Below are positions 54,071 to 64,000 of a stretch of 64,000 bases of DNA, piece after piece (the first letter of the stretch is position 1; the number at the start of each line of letters is the position of its first letter). The position numbers and the translations under genes are program-made. The notes under the pieces are model-generated. The model did no database searches. It saw nothing but the letters and a program-made list of their open reading frames with translations, and was not told the DNA's origin. The stretch is taken from contig OX597830.1 in assembly GCA_951406725.2 (NCBI GenBank), positions 44,020,001-44,084,000 of the forward strand, written 5' to 3'. Source of the stretch: Octopus vulgaris. Lineage: Eukaryota.

Positions 54071-57010
54071 CTCAAGACATGTGTATGGCTTAACAATAAA
54101 GAATTTAATAATAAATTTAGCTTGTTAATGTTGAGTAACATAATGCCAGGTGTGCTTAGTAGATGATTGAAATGAGATCCACCCTCGTGTTTACTGTATA
54201 TATAGATATAAGTTACTGTGTGTGTCTGTTTTGATCAAACTTTGTTTTAGCCTTGGTTGCTATGTTTTTATTGTATCCTATAGGCCCAAGATTAATAGGA
54301 AGAGATTGTTGAGAAATTTGACCACTACAATGAGCATCGATGCAAATTTCTTTACTGACTTGTAGATCTACCTAATTGTTTATTAATATCAGTTAGTGTA
54401 GGCTTTCAATTCAATTTATATATATTTGTATATAACCATATTTTAGCTAAGAATATTAGTTGCATAATTGGTATTACATATAATTTCTGCCTTGTCACAT
54501 AATCTGACTGTCAACAATACTCTCACAAAACTTGCAGTCGACTGGTGATATTTACAGTAAAACTAATTCACTAACAATATTTCACTGATCTCTTTCAATG
54601 CAGTGGAATTTTTGTATAACTAATATTAGGTTCTTAGTAAATTGTTTTAATTACCTAAAGTAAAATGTAACTTTTTAGTGACATTTTTCTTAATTTTTTT
54701 GTATGTTTGTATATTAATCAATTACTAATTGTTTAACATATTTCTATCATTTAATTTATTTAGAAACTTATACATTATTCAGTTAAAAATTTGTATTTAA
54801 ATTTATATTTGTATATTTTAGTTTGGAGTTAGATTTAATTAAGTTTTTAGTTGATTTGTCATTTGATTTAAAACATTTTAATACAAAGCTAAACACATGA
54901 GGATACAAATGATGGGAACAATGGTACATTTATGTGAGGGTCTGCCTACATCAGGACTTGGGTAAACGCTTTTATAAAATGCTCAGTACTCAATGTAAAA
55001 TAGTTGACATCAGGGAGAGCACCCAGCCATAGAAACTATGCCAAAACTGACATTGGGGTCTGACACCTCTCTGCAGCTTGTCAGACCCTCTCAAACCTTC
55101 CACCCCTTGCCAGCATGGAAAATGGACATTAAATGCTGATGACAATAAGAAAATACAAAAAAATGCAAGTGGCCAAAACCAAGCCATTTGAAAGTACATT
55201 CAAAATGGCTGGGTTTTGGTTGTTTAGATATTTTTCTGAGTCAGTTACAGTTTTGAAATAAAATGGGTAAAGAAAGAAATTTTATTTTATTTATTTATTT
55301 TTGGTCTATTTATATATTTCTTTTTCTTTCAATTCTTTTCTTTTATCCAAGCCTACTTTTTTAACTTTGATTTCGACTTCCTTAAATTCTCTTATTTACT
55401 AATTCTGCTCCAGATGCAGTAATTTCATACCTGAATATTTTTACAGATACCTTGGATATTTCTTTCTTAATTTTTTGTTTTTGTTTTTAACATCATATTA
55501 TTTCATTTCAGTTATTTTATATATTTAAAAATTTTATTTTGCATGGTATATTATTTTTATAGTTATTTGTATTTGAGTTTTGAAACATTTTTGTTTTTTA
55601 AGCTACATACATTATATGTACATATACACGTACACACACACAGACACACACAAAAGTTGTTTCCATTATTTTTACATCTGTTTTCCCATGCTAGCACAGG
55701 TTAAATGTTTATATTATTAAGGCATTGTTTTACAGCTAGGTGTCCTTCCTGTTGCTAACCCTTACCCTTTTTTGAAATAAAGGACCACTTATACATTTTC
55801 AAAGGTTCAAAGTGAGCTGATGATTTGTTGACTGAAGTGACAACAGCAACACAATTTGAAAGGAATGACTATCATAAACCCAAATGTAAATACACAGACA
55901 TACACTGAGTGGGTTTCTTTCAGTTTCTGCTGCCCACAAAACTTTTCTTGGCCTAAAGTGCAACACAGTAGGATTGAACTGAAAACCATGGGATTGCAAA
56001 GCAAACTTTTTAACCCCCTGTTATACCAATTGTTATTTTTTTATAATTTGAAAAATTTAGATAGAGATATGTAAGGTGGTAGGACTGATAGAATTGTTAG
56101 CATGCTGGTTAAAATGCTTAGAGGCATTTCACCTGTCTTTACAATCTGAGTTCTGCTGAGGTTGACTTTGTCTTTCATCCTTTCAGGGTCAATGAAATAA
56201 GTACCAGTTATGCACTAGGGTTGATGTAATCGACTTACCCCCACCCTTCAGATTGCTGACCTTGTGCCAAAATTTGAAACTAATTCAGTTAGAGCTACTT
56301 AAGATCACATTCTGTGTGTGTGTGTATTGTTTCTGAAATATGTAACAGCTATTCCTACATATAATTTAGAAATAATGCCTTTCGAATTACGGAGCCAATA
56401 AACTCCAGGCTTTCAGCTATGACTACCCTGTCTTTTTTTGTATGTTTAAAGTGTATTTACAACTATATTATTCAGTGTGTTCTTAGTTTTTAAGTTAATA
56501 GAGTGTACATTAAAGAAGATTTGGCTTCTATTTCTAGCATATTGAACAAGAAGTTGACAACTCTTTTATTGGATCAACAAATAAAAGTTAAACTGAGTAT
56601 CTTGCTTTCAAACAGAGTACAGAAAAAAAGGAGTAATAAAATAGAAGTTGTGCTATCAAAAAATCTTGTGCATATATGCTTTAGCTGTCTCATGAAGCAA
56701 CCAAATTAAGAATAGAATGCAGACATGCTAAAGCACTGAAACTATTTTACTAAGGACAACTTAATTTGCAGCTAGATTTAAACCAATATATTCTCCAAGT
56801 GTTCCATACATTTTCTTAGTTGGCTTCCAATTAAAAACTTTTATTTCCAATGATTATTTTTCTTTTTAGTGCTGTTATCTACTATACCAATGTTTTGTAT
56901 GTGTGTGTATATATATATATGTGTGTGTGTGTGGTAGTAAAAAAACTTTACTGAAAAGAATTTTTTCCACATATGGTGAATTGCAGTGGAAAATATAAAA
57001 CAAAGTGAGA

Positions 57011-57065
<55 letters not shown>

Positions 57066-57306
57066 AGAGAGAGATAAAATATTTTCATAGTCAACCAAAG
57101 AAATTAGTGATAACATTACAATTTCATGCTATCATAAGAAGTTTCTCCTCCTACTAACATGGAATGAAAACTTTTTATGATGACATGACATTGTAAAATT
57201 ATCACTAATCAGTCATGATTAGTACAAGCGAAACCGGTCAACTGTGCAAATATTTTCTCATAAGAGCATATATATATATTCTCTGCATTTTCTCTTTTTA
57301 TATTTT

Positions 57307-57342
<36 letters not shown>

Positions 57343-58507
57343 TAAATTTGACAAATTTTTAACTGTTTAAACTCATTTTTACACTTCTCTAAACAAATCC
57401 TTTCAAAGATACACATATGTTGTGTAGTAGGTTCTGTTTACTCTTTTGCTTGTTGAATCTTATTAATGTAAACATACATATAACAATAGATCAAACAAAT
57501 TTAAAGATATTTATTTTTAAGTAAATTTGTAATTCTCATGTTTTCAAATATAAAAAACCATCTAAACATGAATAAGACTATAACAAAAACAATTTTAGGT
57601 ATCTTTGCTATGGTTTCCAATTACAAGAAAAAATACTTAATTTGTTGCATTAGTGATCAGATTTGTTAATACTCTGAAATAAGGTGGTGAGTTGGCTGGC
57701 TCGTTAGCCTGCTGGGCAAAATGCTTAGCAGCATTTCATCTGTCTTAATGTCCTGAGTTCAAATTCCACCAAAGTCGACACTTTGCCTTTTATCCTTTCA
57801 GGATTGATAACATAAAGACTAGTTGAGCACTGGGGTTGATGTAATTGACTTACCCCACTCTCCTCGAACTTGCTGGCCTTGTGCCAAAATTTGAAACCAA
57901 TATTAATTCTGAACTTGTTTAATAATTGTCTACTAAACCCTTTAGTTACCAAATTTCTGTCAAAATACACAGCTTTTGTTTCAATTTATTTTGAAAATAA
58001 TGAAGAATATGGTAAACTGTCATTGTGACACTGGTGTTTGGAATATAATTTTAAAATAGGAAGTTTTTATAGAAAGCAGAAGTAGTCTAGGGCAGGTTAG
58101 TATCAAATGAATTAAACCATTTTGAGATTGGAGAATATATTGACTGAAATGCAGCAAGAGATGTTAAAAGTGAGTTTCCTCATGAAGAAAATACAAATTC
58201 CTTGTATAAATATTTTAACTGAAGTGAGATAAGCCAATACTTTATTGATTGTGTATTTGTAGATTTACATAAATTCTGATGTAACCTTTTTTGTACTTTC
58301 TTGTATTTTTGGATTTTAGTTAATTGTGATGATATAATTTTAAGGTATTCACTAATATTCCATTCACTGTTGCTACTTTTATTCTTGTTCCTTTCTGCAT
58401 TCTTATTTCAGTGAATTTCTTCTGTTTTGTAGTTTAGGAAAAAAATGCACTATTTTAGTTATGAATATTTATATATATATATACATATGTGTCTTCTTTA
58501 TTTTAAG

Positions 58508-58538
58508 GAAACCGTGAAAAGAAAAGATCTTTAAAACG
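58508..58538 (+). CDS. MGRN1: MGRN1-like 31-nt microexon 11 (predicted)
   Basis: TTTTAAG acceptor, GTAAAT donor. RNREKKRSLKR. Supplies the phase 1-to-2 shift needed to join the next exon. Confidence 0.68.
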
Positions 58539-58917
58539 GTAAATACAGCTACTGCTAATATACTTCCATCTTGCTAACTGTTAATGGATGTAATAAACTA
58601 TGGGCTTACATAACTAACCTTCAATTAAAACCCTTTTAACCATAAAGGTCAAAATTCTGCTGACAAGTATAGCTAAAAAAGTTAATAAAATGACTCTTTT
58701 AAGGTGGGGTGGGAGGATAGCCTGTGGAATATATTTCTTAATTCTCCAATAACAGATCATAAGAGATCTTGCTAAGCAAAATAATATTCCAAATGAAAAT
58801 TGGAAATTGTTGAAATATGTTTTTCATAAATTAGTCACATGGGTTTAGAATTATATTGGATTTCTGTATGTTGAGTAATTATGCATATATATTTTTTTTT
58901 TGTGATTTCTTTTGTAG

Positions 58918-59121
58918 TCGACAAACTAATGAATTGACAAATAGCCGTCAACAGGCTCAGAACCTCAATGATGATCTTGTTGACAAAGAAAACAAAACAA
59001 ATGAAGCTATCATTGCCAAAAATATTCAGCCCACGACACCTGAAGTTGTCATGTCAGAAATTGTTGGTAACCAAGGTAATAAAGAAAATGAAAAGAATTC
59101 TGGGAGTGATGTAGAAGCTGT
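58918..59121 (+). CDS. MGRN1: MGRN1-like exon 12
   Basis: TTGTAG acceptor, GTAAGT donor. RQTNELTNSRQQ...NSGSDVEAV; 204 nt, phase 2-2. Confidence 0.82.
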
Positions 59122-60139
59122 GTAAGTTAGAAATATGCTATGTTTATTTCTTCATCAAATTAATTTTCACCTTGTAAATATTGTGAATTTCTTGAAGTCC
59201 TTTCAGTTTAAATGTTTCTTCTATCCTTAAACATTTCGTATTCATACATGTGCACATCTATCACACCCTCCTTTTGCCTGCCAGGTGAAATGCTTAGCGG
59301 TATTTCATCTGCCGTTACGTTCTCAGTTCATATTCCACCAAGGTCGACTTTGCCTTTCATCCTTTCAGGGTTGATTAAATAAGTGCCAGTTACACACTGG
59401 GGTTGATGTAATCAACTTAATTCCTTTGTCTGCCCTTGTTTCTCCCCTCTATGTTTAGCACCCCCTGTGGGCAGTAAAGAGAAAAAATATTTTTGTTGTT
59501 ATATCCACACCCACTTTCACCTCTTCATATCCATGCTTTCATATAATGCACTTAACAATCATACATGCACACCACCATGATACTTCTGCACACATACCCC
59601 CATCCCCACTTCCAGGCATGAACACACTCTTATACATGACTCTTCCTCCTCAACTTTCACACACACAACTGCATTCTCATAGTACTAATTTTTAACCATT
59701 CTTTTTATTTTTATTTTTCACCCCCTTCTCAATGCCTATTCTTCTTTCTCATTCCCCCTTTGCTTTTCTCTGTCTTCTGACGAAATACCAGCATCCAAAA
59801 CATCACATCACTTTCTCTTCCCATTAAAGTGTTTAGTTAATACCATATCTGTTGAACCCTGTCCCTCTTTTGTTGCCTTGTTTTTCATTATTCATTGCAT
59901 TTACCTTCTTTATCTCTCCCTCTATATGTATATATCAAAAATAGGGAAGGCCGATTTATGGGATTACCTTAGGTTTCCCATCCATAAAGGGTTTAGCTTC
60001 ATGTCATCTCATCAGATCTCAAAAACCTTTTGGCTTATGACCCCTTAATATATACTACTCTATATCTTAGAGTGTGCTTCTTTCTGATTCATCATTTTTT
60101 ACAAACAATATATATATATATATTGAGAGAAATATATCG

Positions 60140-60173
<34 letters not shown>

Positions 60174-60219
60174 ATGTATACATACATGTGCATATATTTA
60201 ATATTGCTTTACTTCATAG

Positions 60220-60325
60220 CCATCAAATATGTGAGGAGAACAAACCGCAAGGCAAAATCAAACTGAATAGCGTCAATAGTATATCTTCTGATGCCCTCAG
60301 TGATAAAACGGAACGACAAATGACT
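60220..60325 (+). CDS. MGRN1: MGRN1-like exon 13
   Basis: CATAG acceptor, GTAAGT donor. HQICEENKPQGKIKLNSVNSISSDALSDKTERQMT; phase 2-0. Confidence 0.8.
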
Positions 60326-60923
60326 GTAAGTTTACTTTTGGGTTAATCTGTGTTTTTTTCACAAGCACACACACACACACACACACACACACGTTCTTTG
60401 TTTAATTTTTTCTCATATTTGTTTCCTATATTTGAAGAGTTTTTGTTATTTTAAATTCGGTTTCCTTTGTTAATATGAATGGAATGGAACAATTAGGTGG
60501 AAAGCATCTGGGTTTTTCTTTTCCTTTTTATGTACTCAAATAAATTGCCTTATTGTTTAAAAAGGATACCACTTAATTGTGGCATATTTTTCCAGACATG
60601 ATGATAATAGTATTCAGCTCTAAAACAAATAAGCATAAAAACCTAATTACTATATTATCCAAAGCAATTGAAAGAGGTTTGCTAGAGATGGAAGTGCAGC
60701 ACTCATGATGTTAGTAGGGCCTTAAAGACTGAGAAGAGGGGAAAGAGCAGAAAACACCATAATTTATAGCCATAGGAAGCAGTATGTCAAGCTGTTGAGT
60801 TATCCATCTTCAGATAAGGGACCTGAAAGTGGACTCAGGTAAAGCCCTTTGAGGGCCACATGGTGCTGTTAAACCAGTCAAAGGGTTAGCTCTGCTCTAC
60901 CCAAGAATGGTTACAGTCTAGAG

Positions 60924-61108
60924 CAGTGCTCTGCAACCTTTTTTTCACTTGCGGTACACTTTTATTTTTAGTTCAGGTGTGCTGCCAAATTTTGAAAACA
61001 ATATAACTAAGAGTATAGGGTAAAAAGTTATATGCCAGTTACAGTGACACACCTAGCACCATCTTGTGGCACACCAGTGTACTGTGGCATACCAGTTGTG
61101 GAGCACTG
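60924..61108. mobile_element. hAT (Charlie-like) MITE with perfect 8-bp TSD
   Basis: GTCTAGAG duplicated at 60916-60923 and 61109-61116. TIRs CAGTGCTCTGCAAC / GTTGTGGAGCACTG. Confidence 0.9.
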
Positions 61109-62033
61109 GTCTAGAGAACTTTCGCAGTTTTTACTTCAATTCAATTTCTCATAGTTAATTTGGGGCTGCAGTTAAAGAAACTTGCCAAGGGTGCCAGAAT
61201 CATGCTTGAACTAATAATTTTATTAGCTAAGCTCTCATCTTTTGATGAAACTAAATAACTATTCATCAGGGAGAATTTTAAGTATCAATTGTATTCAAGC
61301 ATTTAATATTTAATAATTTACGGAGGTGGTGCAGTGGTAGGATTGTTAGCATGCTGGGCAAAACGCTTTATGGTATTTCAAGTCTCTAATTAAAATTCCA
61401 CCAAGGTTGACATCACCATTCATCTTTCTAAGGTTGCTAAAATAAGTACCAGCTGAATCATTATCATTGTCATTGTTTAACGTCCGCTTTCCATGCTGGC
61501 ATGGGTTGGACGGGTTGACTGAGGGCTGGCGAGCCAGAAGGCTGCACCAGGCTCCAATCTCATCTGGCAAAGTTTCTACAGCTGGATGCTCTTCCTAACA
61601 CCAACCACTTCGAGAGTGTAGTGGGTGCTTTCTACGTGCCACCGGCACGAGGGCCAGTCAGGCGGTTCTGGCATCAGTGACCCTTGGATGGTGCTTTTTA
61701 TGTGCCACTGGTACAGGACCAGTCAGCCAGCACTGGCATTGACCACGCTTGAATGGTGCTTTTTACATGCTATCAGCATGGGAGCCAGTCAGGCAGCACT
61801 GGCATCAATCACACTCAATATTGGTGTCAATATAACTGACTATCACCCAACCCTGAAATTGCTGACCTTGTGCAAAAATTTGAAAACCTTGTTTAATAAT
61901 TTATGTGAATGAATTCACATTTAATTGGTGCTATTTTCACAATACCTGATGTAGGATTAAAGTTTGCGTTTATTTAGTTTCGTAAATATTGATGTTTTTC
62001 TTAATTCTCTAAACTTTATTGTATATTTAACAG

Positions 62034-62247
62034 GGTGAACGGAAAACTGGGTTAACTGGAGATTCTGCACCGAATTCTTTAGAACGAGGCGAATATTTGA
62101 AATTATATGAACAAGCCGAACAAGAATGTGAATCTGAGTATTTACGCACCTGTTCCCAGACAGTATCTACTGATAACTTTATAGAAGATTCCAGCTCCTG
62201 CTCAGAACCTGATGAAGTTGAAGCAGAACCAGATTATGATCTTGAAG
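62034..62247 (+). CDS. MGRN1: MGRN1-like exon 14 (acidic tail; gene continues beyond window)
   Basis: AACAG acceptor, GTAAGT donor. GERKTGLTGDSAPNSLERGEYLKLYEQ...EPDYDLE. No stop codon reached. Confidence 0.82.
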
Positions 62248-62757
62248 GTAAGTCCTCCGAGAAGGTTCACATTTCATCTTGTTATTTTCATCTCATTGAA
62301 TTTCTTTCCTTTTTATTTGACATTTATTTTTTGGGAAAAAAACAATCCATCATAGTTAGCAATCTAGTGATTTTTTTATTTATTTAGATGTTTGTATGAA
62401 ATAACCCCCACCAAAAAGAATTTTAAAATGCTACTGACATACATGAGCTCCACTGCTGAAAGTTCAAATTCTTGTCTCACATAAATACAAAAAATTTGAT
62501 TTATCACCATTCAATGTATAACATCTAACAAGTTAAAAAGTTTTTTTCTGCATATGATGAATGTACTGTGCATACGCACAGACGTGTACATACATACACA
62601 TACACACACACACACATACACACACACACACAGAGTTCCAGTGCTAACACTTCATAGAAACAAAGTGAGGCCATTTAGAGTAAAAACCTCAAAGTGCAGA
62701 GTCTGAATATCAATATGCTATATATGATATATATGTATATATTTGTTATATATATAG

Positions 62758-63698
62758 CTGCAGAAGGTCATCAATGAAGTGAGTGACCGGACATGCCTTC
62801 AGTCAGACTTACTGGCCATCATCCAATGGGTGGAAAAGAACAATATGCTGCTGAATGAGGACAAATTTGAGTTTATCAGCTTCGGAAAAGAAGGTACCCT
62901 GAAACTCCCATACTCCCTTCTTTCAGTTAAAACTCTCATGACATCCAACAACATCAAAGACTTGGGAGTAATTGTGAACAACATAAGCTGGGCCGCTCAT
63001 ATAAACAGTAAAGATGACATTGGCCCACAGAATGTGTTGCTGGATTCTCAAAACTTTCCACTTGAGATATCTATACATTATCCTTCTCTTCTCCATTTTT
63101 GCCTGACCCCACCTTGAATACTGTTGTCCACTGTGGTCTCTCACACAAAACAAAGTATCATGAAAGTTGAAGCACTACAAAGATCAATTACAATAAAGAC
63201 AGATAGATGGCATAACAGGCCTTGACTATTGGGGTCTACTAGAAAAGCTTAAGCTTTATTCTCTCCAATGTTGCTGTGAGTGCCACATCATCTGCATGAC
63301 ATGGAAGATATTCCATCAGCATTGTCCAAATGATGTTGGCATCACATTTAAGATACATCCAAGGGTTGGGCCCTGCACTGTCCACCCACAACGTAAATCA
63401 CACTTGCATCTCATAACAACAATATGGCATAATTATTTCACTTTGATTGGCTCTACTCTCTTTAACCTTACACTAAAACACATCAAAGCAGAAACAGACC
63501 ATGTAAAGTTCAAGAAGTCTTTGGACAAATTCCTTCAAGAAAACCTGGATAAACCTCCTACACCTGGATATATCTCCATAAACAATAACTCTCTGATTGA
63601 ATGGGCCATGTTGTCTGATTCCTGATTTGAATGACTTTGCCAGGAAGTGCTATTGAGTTAGACATGGCCTGGGCCAATACTGACAGAAACCTATCAAA
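62758..63698 (+). mobile_element. CR1/Jockey-group LINE 3' fragment
   Basis: LQSDLLAIIQWVEKNNMLLNEDKFE, KDLGVIV, HLEYCCPLWS and KFKKSLDKFL motifs; frameshifted. Confidence 0.85.
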
Positions 63699-63709
63699 GA
63701 GTGTCAAAG

Positions 63710-64000
63710 CGTGCGTGTGTGTGTGTATTTGTGTGTGTATATATGTGTGTGTGTGTGTATATATGTGTGTGTGTGTGTATATATGTGTGTGTGTGTAGGT
63801 ATATATGTGTGTGTGTATGTATATATGTGTGTGTGTATATATATATATGTGTGTGTGTGTGTATGAATGTGTATGTGTGTGTATGAATGTGTATGTGTGT
63901 GTATGAATGTGTGTGTGTTTATGTATGTGTGTGTATGTATGTGTGTATGTGTATATATGTATGTGTGTGTGTGTATGTATGTATATATTTGTATGTGTGT
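63710..64000. repeat. Compound (TG/TA) microsatellite
   Basis: Directly visible. Other simple repeats: (TA)n at ~7810, 17052, 23851, 31177, 57015 and (CA)n at ~40915, 60366. Confidence 0.95.

Overview
AT-rich, repeat-dense eukaryotic DNA. The SINE, RTE and MITE families resemble those of octopus (inference from repeat content). Two spliced genes sit head-to-head around a ~760 bp bidirectional promoter. On the minus strand is a UBALD1/2-like gene: exons 1-2 are visible and the last exon is probably left of the window. On the plus strand is an MGRN1/RNF157-like RING E3 ligase: 14 phase-consistent GT-AG coding exons span 12400-62247 and the gene continues past the right edge. Introns hold tRNA-derived SINEs, RTE, CR1 and R4-like LINE remnants, mariner and maT fossils, MITEs and microsatellites. 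The most unusual feature is a Penelope-like (GIY-YIG) retroelement whose terminal repeat combines a tRNA-like Pol III A/B-box cassette with a minimal type I hammerhead ribozyme. ORF-less inverted copies of that repeat and a 130-bp near-perfect palindrome lie nearby. Repeat boundaries are read by eye and are approximate.
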